Of a DNA stretch of 64,000 bases, positions 29,305 to 38,541 are shown piece after piece (position 1 is the first letter of the stretch; each line of letters begins with the position of its first letter). Origin of the DNA: a virus; IMG/VR virus record IMGVR_UViG_3300031565_014867, positions 1 to 64,000 of that record; one strand, given 5' to 3'. The translations under genes and the position numbers were made by a program. Below the pieces are notes generated by a model that saw only the letters and a list, made by a program, of their open reading frames with translations, was not told where the DNA came from and ran no database searches.

Positions 29305-29720
29305 CAGACCACCGCCGGCGTCAAGGGGGAGGGACTCGCGGGCTGCGGCGTGGCGGGCTTGTCGAACTCCGCCAACTTGGCGGCAACGTAGGTCCGGCCT
29401 TCCTTGCTTCGGAGCTTCGCTTCCAAGACACGCTCGAAGACGTGCTGGAATTCCTTGACGACGTGCTCCTCGCCGCTGAGGAACAACCGCGACAGATCGC
29501 CGATCTTGTGGGCCATGCCCGAATAATCCCCGACGCTGTAGTCGACCAGGAATTCGGGCGTCTTCTCCAGACCGTAGCTTTTCAGCACGGCGGCCAACTT
29601 GGCGGCACCGCGCCGACGATCCTCAATCTCCGTGTCCTTCTGGAAGAGCCACTTCGCGCCGAGGAAAGTCACGAGCGGGAGCAAGACCAGGATGGCGATG
29701 CTGGAAGGGGTGAGTACCAT
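29304..29720 (-). CDS. Hypothetical membrane-anchored protein
   Basis: N-terminal TM segment IAILVLLPLVTFLGAKW; GAGG SD. Confidence 0.65.
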   Translation of the reverse strand: MVLTPSSIAILVLLPLVTFLGAKWLFQKDTEIEDRRRGAAKLAAVLKSYGLEKTPEFLVDYSVGDYSGMAHKIGDLSRLFLSGEEHVVKEFQHVFERVLEAKLRSKEGRTYVAAKLAEFDKPATPQPASPSPLTPAVV

Positions 29721-29785
29721 TTGTGTACCTCGTTGTGAAAAGGTGGTTGTCGAAGAGAACGGGACTAGACGAGACGTTGCCGAGC

Positions 29786-30457
29786 CTACTTGCTGCCCGA
29801 GGGGTAGTAGGTCTCTTTCCACTTGGCGACCAGGCCGGCACCCGCGCCGAGCACGCCCAGGCCAACGAGCGCCCACCAGGGCGGCAGGCCCGACGTCGGT
29901 TCGGGGGCCACGTCGGGCGGTCCCGTATGGTCCAACGGCTGCGGGGCCGGGTCCGGCTGAGGCTGGGGCTCCGGCTGGGGTTGCGGTTGAGGCTGCGGGC
30001 AACACCGGCGTCGGCGGAACAGTTCAGTTCGGATCGCCTGATCCAAGGCGTCGGCCGACATGGGGATATCCTGGCCGCACACTTGGTATTGCACTTTCCC
30101 ATCGGCCGACTGAATCCGGACGCACGGCACTTGTCGCGTGCTCTTCGCATAGCGGTCGCGGAAAATCGCCGTGGTCGTGGCGATCGGATGGAAATGTGTC
30201 TGGGCCTTCAGGTGTTTCAGGCTCGGGTGCGAATCGAACCAACCCTTGACGGTCTGATACCTCGCATCGCACGGGTTGCCGACCACGCTGATGTGCCACT
30301 TGCCCTGATCGGCGGGCAGGTCGATCACACGCTCTTCGGCGTGCAGAACGCCGTAGGCCGCATCGGCCTTCAACTCGTCAGCGGAATCGTCCGCCCAACA
30401 AGGGCAGGCTGTGGCGACAATCGCCAACAGCATCAGGGAACACAAAACTCGGATCAT
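29786..30457 (-). CDS. Exported protein with degenerate thioredoxin-like domain, PQ linker and C-terminal TM anchor
   Basis: Signal peptide, VPCVRIQSADGKV, (PQ)n run, WWALVGLGVLGAGAGLVA. Confidence 0.6.
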   Translation of the reverse strand: MIRVLCSLMLLAIVATACPCWADDSADELKADAAYGVLHAEERVIDLPADQGKWHISVVGNPCDARYQTVKGWFDSHPSLKHLKAQTHFHPIATTTAIFRDRYAKSTRQVPCVRIQSADGKVQYQVCGQDIPMSADALDQAIRTELFRRRRCCPQPQPQPQPEPQPQPDPAPQPLDHTGPPDVAPEPTSGLPPWWALVGLGVLGAGAGLVAKWKETYYPSGSK

Positions 30458-31053
30458 CGGTCCCTCCAATACGGTAAGGGTGGAGCGGGAGAATACACGG
30501 GCGTTGTCGCCCACGAATTGCTGTTGAACCATTCAGCGAGGAACGTCTTGCGCGGAACCCACTTGATCTGGCGGGGATCGTTGTTGTCGAGGATGCCGGC
30601 CCACTGGTCGTCGAAGTGGACCAGACAAACCATGTGCCGGCCGCCGAGAACCGTCACGCCGCAGCCTCGCCGGGTTGAGCACGCCCATTCAAGAAAACCC
30701 ACGTCATCGCCGCCGACCGTGTACGCGAAGCGGACGCCTTCTCGCTCCATCTTGTCGGCCAGACCGGCCGCCCATTCACCGTTGCCGTAGGTCCGCCGCC
30801 AGTAGTCGGCCATCGCGTTGCGGCCCTGCCATCGGAACAGCGAGATCATCGAGGCGTGGACGCACGAGCCCTCACCCTCGTTGCCTCGCCAGTTGGCCTG
30901 ACGCAAGGCGACCGGCAGGTTGACGGTCGGGTATTCGATCGGCGTGGTCGGGGCCGGGCGATTGTCTACCGGCTCGTTGTCGAGACGGAGTTCGATACCG
31001 TCGCAACCCGCGACCGCGGCCAAGAGCAATGCGATGACGGACAGTCGCTTCAT
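30454..31053 (-). CDS. Lipoprotein with papain-like (C39-like) cysteine peptidase domain
   Basis: Lipobox VAGC; GSCVHAS (Cys), GRHMVCLV (His), ILDNN (Asp). Confidence 0.7.
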   Translation of the reverse strand: MKRLSVIALLLAAVAGCDGIELRLDNEPVDNRPAPTTPIEYPTVNLPVALRQANWRGNEGEGSCVHASMISLFRWQGRNAMADYWRRTYGNGEWAAGLADKMEREGVRFAYTVGGDDVGFLEWACSTRRGCGVTVLGGRHMVCLVHFDDQWAGILDNNDPRQIKWVPRKTFLAEWFNSNSWATTPVYSPAPPLPYWRDR

Positions 31054-31646
31054 TTGAGCCTCCAGGGTTTCAGCAGGATTCCTCGTCGCCGCTCCGTCCG
31101 AACCAATCGGTTTGGGCTCCAACGGCCAGCGTGGTCGGTGCGGAAAACGCCGACACGGGCGTGCGCCGCTGCGCAATACTCGGAGCAAAACAAACTCGAA
31201 AGGTCTTGCCGGCGGAGTTTCGATTCGAGCCACGACCATCCGATCCCGCCTGCTCGGAAAGCGCCAATCGCGTCATAGTCCTTGCCGATGTACTCCAGCA
31301 GGAACGCACTGAGCCGCTTGCTCTCAAACGGATACAGCGGTCGGTAGAGCGGGTAATGCCACACCTTGCCGCCATACGCTTGCACACACTCGTCGAGCCG
31401 GTGAGCCTGTGTGCCCCAGACCGGCTTTCTTTGAATCGCGCACGACAGTTCTGAGAGCGATGTCGATTCAAACAGCAGCAGTTCGCCGTCGTGCTCGCCG
31501 ACGATGCCGACGTGGCTCAAACTCCAGAACGGGATGCCATACGTCGCCAGGTTGATCCCGACGCTCAGCCAGCTATCGCCGCTGAAACCGATGATCTCAC
31601 CGGCTTTCGGCGTGGGCCGAGGCTTCTTGGATAGAGAGAGGATCAT
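31050..31646 (-). CDS. Permuted papain-like NlpC/P60 (YiiX/YebB-type) hydrolase
   Basis: AGEIIGF, SHVGIV (His), GKDYD and LFCSEY (Cys after His, the permuted order); start uncertain. Confidence 0.75.
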   Translation of the reverse strand: MILSLSKKPRPTPKAGEIIGFSGDSWLSVGINLATYGIPFWSLSHVGIVGEHDGELLLFESTSLSELSCAIQRKPVWGTQAHRLDECVQAYGGKVWHYPLYRPLYPFESKRLSAFLLEYIGKDYDAIGAFRAGGIGWSWLESKLRRQDLSSLFCSEYCAAAHARVGVFRTDHAGRWSPNRLVRTERRRGILLKPWRLK

Positions 31647-31905
31647 GGGCGCGTGTCCGAACGGACGCTTGGTGGGCGAATAACCCGCCGGGGCCGAGCT
31701 GCGCTTCGGCAAGTCCGGCGGGGAATGGATGGAGCCCGACAAACGGATTCGCTGCCGGACTACCCGATCGGCGCGTTTGATGGCCGCACCGGGTTTTGTA
31801 AGAAGGTGGGAGGAGGGCAGAAAAAGCTAGGTGGGAGGCCCGATGGGCTGGTAGGTCCATCGGGCAAACCCGGCTTTGGCGAGGTGAGCCGTGCCGGGGG
31901 AGTCG

Positions 31906-32451
31906 TCAGTCAGTGTCAGCCGACGTGGTGCCGGCTGCGACGATCGCCTCAACGATTCGATGGTTGATGCGATCGACGATCGCCTCGTAGTCGTCGATTC
32001 CTTCGAGTTCTTCAACGATGACTTGGGAAATGGACTGGCCCAGCGCCAGCACGGTCGGCTTCGAGAGGAGGGCACCGAGGTTCTGCTCGATGGAGTGCGC
32101 CGACTTGACAAGCCGCTCCACGGTCAGCAGGGCCGTATTGATCGGCCCGAAGGCCGCAATCAGGTCGCCGTCGTTCTTGACCTTGTTGAACCGTTCCTCG
32201 ATCAACATCCGGGCCAACGCGATCTCGTCCCTGAGCGACTTGATCTGCTCGTGCTCCGACAACTGGGCCAGTCGCATCCGATGCTGCGCCTTCGTCAGAA
32301 GGTACAGTCGCTTATCCTGCACCGCTTCCTTGTCCCGGCCCCCGTGGACGCGGCACCGATCGCAGCCGGGCTCGGCCACGTTCAAGCACTGCCCTTCGGG
32401 AGCAGCGCCCGTGCATCGTCTCGGGTCAGCCGGGTCTTTGACGCGGTGCAT
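31906..32451 (-). CDS. Putative terminase small subunit
   Basis: RC.G.....QC........RC.VHGG zinc motif and SLRDEIALAR helix; first gene of the late operon. Confidence 0.65.
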   Translation of the reverse strand: MHRVKDPADPRRCTGAAPEGQCLNVAEPGCDRCRVHGGRDKEAVQDKRLYLLTKAQHRMRLAQLSEHEQIKSLRDEIALARMLIEERFNKVKNDGDLIAAFGPINTALLTVERLVKSAHSIEQNLGALLSKPTVLALGQSISQVIVEELEGIDDYEAIVDRINHRIVEAIVAAGTTSADTD

Positions 32452-32482
32452 ATTGTGTCTCGTTTGGTTCCGAACGAAAGCC

Positions 32483-32528
32483 TCTACTAAAGTAAAGTGA
32501 TTTGAAGGGGGGTTTGTTTCAAGAATCT
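32483..32528 (-). promoter_or_regulatory. Phage-specific promoter-like motif, copy 1, upstream of terS
   Basis: 40/46 identical to 56943-56988. Confidence 0.7.
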
Positions 32529-32644
32529 GAAGATTATCGCTGATTCGCGGCGATTCGCGGAGACTCCACGGAGAAGCACGCAAGAAGAGAAACTGCCGCG
32601 TCGGAAGTCCAACGCGGCAGCGCGATGAAGGTGCGAACTACGAG

Positions 32645-33358
32645 CTACGAAGCCCGAAGCAGAACACGGCGGACGGCTGCCCGCGTGAACGGTTTCTTTG
32701 CCGTGGTGCGGTGGCCTTGCTCGTTGAGCCACTCGGCGATCTGTTGGAACGACTCGCCGGACACGCGCCGATCGCGGATCGCCGGCACGAGGAAGTCGTA
32801 GGCTTCTCGTGCTCGCTTGGATCGCTTCTCGGCGGCCACCTGTGTTGCCTTCGCTTGCCCTTTCGCCCGAAGGTGTTCCCGATCCTGCCAATGATCGCAA
32901 CGGGCTGAACCGAGCCGCACGCCACGGGCTTTGGCCGCTTTCAAGGCTGCCTTGGTCCGCGCACTGATGCGTTGGGCTTCGTCTTCGGCGACGGCTGCCA
33001 GGATGTGGATGGTCAGTCGATTGGCGTTTGGGTTGTCGCAGGCGACGAAGTCGACGCCGCTGTTCATCAGCCCGGCTGTAAAATGGACGTTGCGTGCCAG
33101 CCGATCCAACTTGGCAATAACGAGCGTGGCCCCCGAGAGCTTGGCGTGGGCGATCGCCTTGGCCAGTTCGGGTCGATCCGCGCGCTTGCCGGTTTCGACC
33201 TCGGTGTACTCGGCGAGAATCTCGCCATCGTTCCGACTGGCGAAACTCCATACTTCCGCTTGTTGGGCTTCCAGGCCGAGTCCGCTGCGGCCTTGCTTCC
33301 TGGTACTGACCCGGTAGTACGGGATGATCTCCTGTTTGCTCTTCTGTTGCGTTACCAT
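32645..33358 (-). CDS. Small serine recombinase (resolvase/invertase family)
   Basis: YYRVST catalytic Ser, DRPEL..A, AKLDRLARN, E...IS.RTK.AL..AKARG..LG, C-terminal IA..LN..G..T. Confidence 0.93.
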   Translation of the reverse strand: MVTQQKSKQEIIPYYRVSTRKQGRSGLGLEAQQAEVWSFASRNDGEILAEYTEVETGKRADRPELAKAIAHAKLSGATLVIAKLDRLARNVHFTAGLMNSGVDFVACDNPNANRLTIHILAAVAEDEAQRISARTKAALKAAKARGVRLGSARCDHWQDREHLRAKGQAKATQVAAEKRSKRAREAYDFLVPAIRDRRVSGESFQQIAEWLNEQGHRTTAKKPFTRAAVRRVLLRAS

Positions 33359-33732
33359 TTGTTCCTCGCGATGCGTCGTCAAGATGGTCCGTTTCCTTCA
33401 GCTTGCTCGATCCTCGGCTGAAGTCAAGTCGACATTATCAGGGCGAACGCTCGCTCAGAACTGCGCACCGCCTCACTGGTTCCCGAAGACGAGAGAATTC
33501 GGCGATGACGGAGCAGGACACTGAGTCATGCAGCCAGATTGGGGGGGGCTTGAGGCCGCAAGGTCGCGAGATTGAGGACGGTGGTGAGTGGACCTGGTGG
33601 TCTCGCCCAGACAATGCCGCGGATGTACGAGAGCGCCGGCATCGGTTATCATTTCGGGGTCCAAATGTCGTTGCTTCGTTTCAAGGAATTGCACCCCAGC
33701 TTGGGGGGCCATAGGTTCATGGGCGCATTCCG

Positions 33733-36700
33733 ATGAGTGCCGACACGTTTCCCTTCGAGATCCATTCCAACCTTGAACTGGGTGCCCTTCCTCCGCAATT
33801 GCGGGCGCTTAGCCGGTTCGTCGCCGAACGCTCAGAGACTGCCCACCCTTGGGGAAACCTTCATGTTACCTGGTCCAGTGACTGGTCAGATCTGACCCTT
33901 CTTGCGTACTTCGGGCAAGTGCTGCGACTATGCCAGAGGCGATTCGCCCAGGTCAACCTTCAACTGGATGGCCCGATGGTCAAGAAGATCCCGTTCTTGT
34001 GGAAGTGTGGGTTCTTTGACTGCGTGCGGGCCAACCGCGTCGGGAGCATTCTGGAATGCTTCCCGGATCCTTGGCGCCATCGCCCAGACACCGACCTCGT
34101 CCGCGCCAACTACACGCCTCTCGTCATGTTGGATGTCGCTCCAGTTGGCCAAGGTGACACCAAGCCCCAGTTCAGAGACCGTCAGGTGACCGACTGCATT
34201 AACGATTGGGACGTCGGTCTCCGTTCCACCGCATCTTTTCCTGTGGTGCGCAACGCCGATGCTATCCACTCGCGAGAGTATCTTTACTTGTTATTGTGGG
34301 AACTCCTGAATAATGCATACATCCACTCCGAAACTCATCATGTCACGCTCGCGGGGCAGATATTTTTGTCGCAAGAACACATCGCCGCCTTGAAGAACCT
34401 TGCCGATGATATCAGCAACGATTATCTGCTCCAATCCGCGGGCTCAGTCCCTTCGCTTCTCGACGCGTTGGCAGTGCAGCACAGAATCGAAGTACAACAC
34501 ACCCAGTTGACGGCTCGCCGTACCTGGTTGAAAAACCACAGAGATCGGTCTTTCCTGTTGCTTAGTTGCACCGATTCCGGAATGGGTATCCCGCAATCTC
34601 TGAAAAGGTCGGAGGTCGTCGCAGAGCAAGAAACCGATGGTCACGCGCTGGCGCGTGCCTTCAGTCCGTGGACATCGACGCGACGGAATGATCCTACTTT
34701 GTATGACGTTCACGGGTTGTCGCAGATCCTCCGACTCGTGGAAGAGTACGACGGATATTTGTTCCTGCAAAGTGGTGCCGCGTACCTAGAGTTCACGCGC
34801 ACTACGCCGTTGTCCGATGGACAACGACTCCCCGAAGAGAGGGTCCTAGACGGCTCGCTATTTCAAATCCTTCTACCTCTGAGCGCGGAGCCTGCCAGTC
34901 GGCCGGTTCGCAAGTGGATGGCGCCCGGCCACTCGCCGGGATCCCCGGAGCCCGCCGATCCCGAACACAGAAGTGTCTTCGTGGTCGGCGAACTACGGCG
35001 TGCCGGAATCGACGTTCCCGTACGAGAGGAGGACTGGACGCGAGCGGCCGACGTGGTGATCCGTTGTGCTGATGCGATCACTACCGATCCCCTATTTCTC
35101 GATCTTGTCCGGATGCCACACGATCACCAGTTCCTGAGTTTCCTTTTGCGAAGCGTCCGCCGCACCAGACTCTCGCACGGCGTTGTAGTGGTCAACGCGT
35201 CGCGTGAGTTTCTAGCGATTGCCAAGAACATGCAGAGGATCGATCTGGGTGACATCGCGGATGAACAAGTGAAGAGTTGCGCCGAACTAGATCGAGACTT
35301 GGCCCTGGCACTCAGCCGAGGAGAGATCGGGTGCTTGCCGCTGTTGCTGCCTTTCTTGGCACTCGCTGACGACGGAAGTCCCGCGGGTGTTCTGTGGCTT
35401 GGACTAGGTTGCTACGCACCGACACGGCGACGGGCAGTGGAAATCGCCTTGAACTATCTCCTGGGCTCGGAGGGAGCTGAGTTCAGTTGGAAAGAACTGT
35501 TTGAAATCGCTACTGCCCACGATCCAGTAGAAGGTCTTACCGAACAGGAATTTGGCTTACTCTTTGACGCTATCGTTCGCTGCAATCGGTCATTACTCGC
35601 CCCGGTTGCTGGCGGATGTCGCTCGGTGTTGACATCTTACGATGTGGAGTACGTTTCACTGGCCTCACTCCGAAAGGAAGTGGAAAACCTGATACCGCGG
35701 ATGGAACACCAAAAGGCTCGCGACCAGCAGGACTTCCTCTATAGTCTCGCCTGGCACCCGCCCGAGCGGCGTTTCCGTAAGCGCTACTATCGTACTTGGC
35801 CTGTGCTCGCGGATGAGCACTATCGTCACATCTGCGCGCGATTGCTCGTGCAACAAGCCTATGAGACTCTGGGAGACGTGGTTGCGGCGGCCCGCGCCGT
35901 CGTTTGCGCCACGCCCTCGGCAGGGCTGCTGGGACGAGAGGTCGCTGCGATTCTCGGTACGGCCTTCTACGAAGTCCCGAGCATTTATGAGATCGATCAT
36001 CGGGATTGGATCCCACGGCTCAACGGACCCGCGATTGTGGTCGACGACGTTCTCGACACTGGTACACTTACACAGCAGTTGGTGCAGTACCTACAAAAGG
36101 TCGGGGCACACTGTCCCTGTGTCCTCACACTCCTGGAAAACGCGGAAACAGCGCAAGAAAGGCCCAGCCTGCCCCTCGTTCTGAAGGGGAGTGCCATCGA
36201 CCTCGGTATTCCGACGACGGAAGAAGTGGCAAGGGCTATCGAGTCTCAAGGCTACTTTGAGGTCGATCCGCACACACTCGACCCGCTTCCTCCCAGAACC
36301 TCGGCTCGTGATTCCCTGTCCAGGGAAACGCGCCGGCGCCTCGAAACGCTGGCGCATGAAAAGGCCATCTTCAGCGGGCATATCGTGCATGGAGACCACC
36401 ACTACAACATGTACTTCAGCCTGCGCGATGCTCTCGCGTCACCGACAGCGCGCGATGAAATCCTGACATGGGTGCTCGACGAGATCCGCGCGTTTGCCCG
36501 ACAAGCACAGAAGCAAGGGGCTCACGCGATTACGCTCGTATATCCGTACTACTCGCCCGTCTACAGACTAGTCTCGCGAATACTCGCTCGTTGGTACCAA
36601 GAAGCCGCAGTTGGCGTCGAACTTCGCTGCCTGGTGGCCAAGCCATGCCAATTGAGTGGAACTCGCATCGGGTATCAACTGGCCGATGTAACAAACCGCG

Positions 36701-38541
36701 GGACGCGCGACCTAGAACATGCCGTGTTCTTGGATGACGGCATTGCCTCCGGTGGCACCATGTCGGCGGTCCTGGACGAATTGGTTTCGCGCAACGCACG
36801 CGCCGTCGTGGCTCTAATACTATTTGACCGAATCGGCCTTCAGCCGCGACGCCATCTGCGCAGTATCCGCTCATACCGTACGCCAAACGGCCGCTCCCTG
36901 TCGTTTTCGTTTCGCACTCTTGTTTCGATAAACGTGCGGTCGCACTATGTCAACAACTGCCCTGAGTGCCTGTTGGCTCGGGACATACTCGGACATGCTC
37001 GTTTGCACCCGGGCTTCCTTTCTACTGGAACGGCGACTCTCGAATCTCTCCTGGCGAGGACCATTGTGAGTTCTGAAAGTGTCCATATAGCCTCCCGGCT
37101 CGGGGCTGAGGATGTTCTTTCCGTACTCAGTTTCCGGCACGCGGTTCTCTCGGACATGCCAAGCCCCCAAGAGATCGAAAGGAGCTTGGCTGGCCGTGCA
37201 GGCGCTCCCCGGCTAGAGTGCCTCGCGACCGTGTTGTCCGATCCCAAGCTGTTCCGGCAGATCACGGATCACGAGGCCTGTGAGCGATGGATGACCGAGG
37301 ACATCGCCGACCCATCTGTGGCTCCTGACTTCCGTGCCCGCTTTGTCCTTCACTTGGGCGCATGTGCTGACAGGAGCTTCGCGCGGGGATACGTTACGGA
37401 AGGTCTTCCTCAAGCCTACATTCGTTTGGCTGGCCGGCCGGAAGCCAAGTGTGACGGCTCGCTCAACCGTTACTTCAATGCGCACCCGATCGAATTCCTT
37501 GCGGTGGCGGCGGCCCTCTACTCGCTTGCTGACCGAGTTGGCCGCGACAAAGAGGCACCAGTAGCATGTCTACAAGGATGGAAGACAGCGCTAGGTTCTG
37601 GCTCGGAGATGAATACCGAGGCCAATCTCTATACGTTCCATTTGGAAACCCTATTTGATCCAGAATCTGAACTCCCCGTGAAAGAGGCGGAGCACTTGGT
37701 CGCGAACTTTGCCGGCAGTTTCTCGCACCACGGTGACAGCTTCGCCGTGCGCATGTCGCGTTGCCGATTGGCAGTGAATACCCATCTCGCTGGCGTTGCC
37801 TGCGAGCAGATGCCACCGGAAATGTTCAGCGTTCTAACCGATATGGTCAGACGCACGCAGGACCACTTCAAGGTCTGGCCGTTCGGAAAGGACGAACGAG
37901 ACGAGATAAGGGAGGCTGAGGCGCGATGGCAGGAGGATCGCGATGGCACCATCTTGGCAACGGTCATCAGCCGCCATTTTCTCTCGGAAATGCCTGCCAC
38001 ACGCCCGGCAACAATTGACCGACTCCTCGCCCACCTTGCACCACGCTTGGGTTACATCCTTGGTAAGGCCATCGCCGATTACCGTACCCGCACACGGGCA
38101 CCTGTTAATGTGCATAATGAGTTCGAATCCAACACATCAGAAGACAGCCGCGTACTCGGCACCTCCTTCTATTTGTGGAGGGTGTTGTCGAACCTGCTCG
38201 ATAATGCACAGGAAGCGTGGAACAGGCGCCGCGGAGAGGAGAGCGGCGCCCCGACGCCCGACTTGGCAGTGCGGATACTTGTGCGCCCCGTGCCGCCCCA
38301 CCGGCTCGCCATTGAAGTCCGAGACAACGTCCCCTGCGAAGATCAAGACGTTGAGGGGTTCTTTGTGCCTGGCAGTGCATTGGCCACGCACCGGTCTGAG
38401 ATCGTGAACTGGGGTGGGGCTTTACGGGGAGACAAACTTCCCAACGGTTGGAAACGTATTGTGGTAGAACTGAGAACGCTCGACGTTGAGCGCCCATTGC
38501 AGGACCCTGAAGATGAGAATCCCCAAGCTGCTTCTATGTGA
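33733..38541 (+). CDS. Multidomain protein: STAS-like, HATPase, STAS-like, two type I PRTase domains, helical region, degenerate HATPase
   Basis: WELLNNAYIHS, DSGMGI and HGL boxes; PRPP loops VVDDVLDTGT and FLDDGIASGGT; CPEC; second N-box SNLLDNA with IEVRDN. Confidence 0.8.
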   Translation: MSADTFPFEIHSNLELGALPPQLRALSRFVAERSETAHPWGNLHVTWSSDWSDLTLLAYFGQVLRLCQRRFAQVNLQLDGPMVKKIPFLWKCGFFDCVRANRVGSILECFPDPWRHRPDTDLVRANYTPLVMLDVAPVGQGDTKPQFRDRQVTDCINDWDVGLRSTASFPVVRNADAIHSREYLYLLLWELLNNAYIHSETHHVTLAGQIFLSQEHIAALKNLADDISNDYLLQSAGSVPSLLDALAVQHRIEVQHTQLTARRTWLKNHRDRSFLLLSCTDSGMGIPQSLKRSEVVAEQETDGHALARAFSPWTSTRRNDPTLYDVHGLSQILRLVEEYDGYLFLQSGAAYLEFTRTTPLSDGQRLPEERVLDGSLFQILLPLSAEPASRPVRKWMAPGHSPGSPEPADPEHRSVFVVGELRRAGIDVPVREEDWTRAADVVIRCADAITTDPLFLDLVRMPHDHQFLSFLLRSVRRTRLSHGVVVVNASREFLAIAKNMQRIDLGDIADEQVKSCAELDRDLALALSRGEIGCLPLLLPFLALADDGSPAGVLWLGLGCYAPTRRRAVEIALNYLLGSEGAEFSWKELFEIATAHDPVEGLTEQEFGLLFDAIVRCNRSLLAPVAGGCRSVLTSYDVEYVSLASLRKEVENLIPRMEHQKARDQQDFLYSLAWHPPERRFRKRYYRTWPVLADEHYRHICARLLVQQAYETLGDVVAAARAVVCATPSAGLLGREVAAILGTAFYEVPSIYEIDHRDWIPRLNGPAIVVDDVLDTGTLTQQLVQYLQKVGAHCPCVLTLLENAETAQERPSLPLVLKGSAIDLGIPTTEEVARAIESQGYFEVDPHTLDPLPPRTSARDSLSRETRRRLETLAHEKAIFSGHIVHGDHHYNMYFSLRDALASPTARDEILTWVLDEIRAFARQAQKQGAHAITLVYPYYSPVYRLVSRILARWYQEAAVGVELRCLVAKPCQLSGTRIGYQLADVTNRGTRDLEHAVFLDDGIASGGTMSAVLDELVSRNARAVVALILFDRIGLQPRRHLRSIRSYRTPNGRSLSFSFRTLVSINVRSHYVNNCPECLLARDILGHARLHPGFLSTGTATLESLLARTIVSSESVHIASRLGAEDVLSVLSFRHAVLSDMPSPQEIERSLAGRAGAPRLECLATVLSDPKLFRQITDHEACERWMTEDIADPSVAPDFRARFVLHLGACADRSFARGYVTEGLPQAYIRLAGRPEAKCDGSLNRYFNAHPIEFLAVAAALYSLADRVGRDKEAPVACLQGWKTALGSGSEMNTEANLYTFHLETLFDPESELPVKEAEHLVANFAGSFSHHGDSFAVRMSRCRLAVNTHLAGVACEQMPPEMFSVLTDMVRRTQDHFKVWPFGKDERDEIREAEARWQEDRDGTILATVISRHFLSEMPATRPATIDRLLAHLAPRLGYILGKAIADYRTRTRAPVNVHNEFESNTSEDSRVLGTSFYLWRVLSNLLDNAQEAWNRRRGEESGAPTPDLAVRILVRPVPPHRLAIEVRDNVPCEDQDVEGFFVPGSALATHRSEIVNWGGALRGDKLPNGWKRIVVELRTLDVERPLQDPEDENPQAASM

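Noticed and set aside
2258-30790. Long plus-strand ORFs such as 8225-9760, 21159-22742 and 23137-24930
   Set aside because: Antisense shadows of GC-rich minus-strand genes with no motifs of their own
2222-32451. Genome-wide TAG reassignment
   Set aside because: Only one suspicious in-frame TAG; TAG terminates other genes and no suppressor tRNA was seen
32645-33358. Prophage integrase or tail-fibre invertase
   Set aside because: Too short for a large serine integrase, distant from the tail genes, and no flanking inverted crossover sites were found
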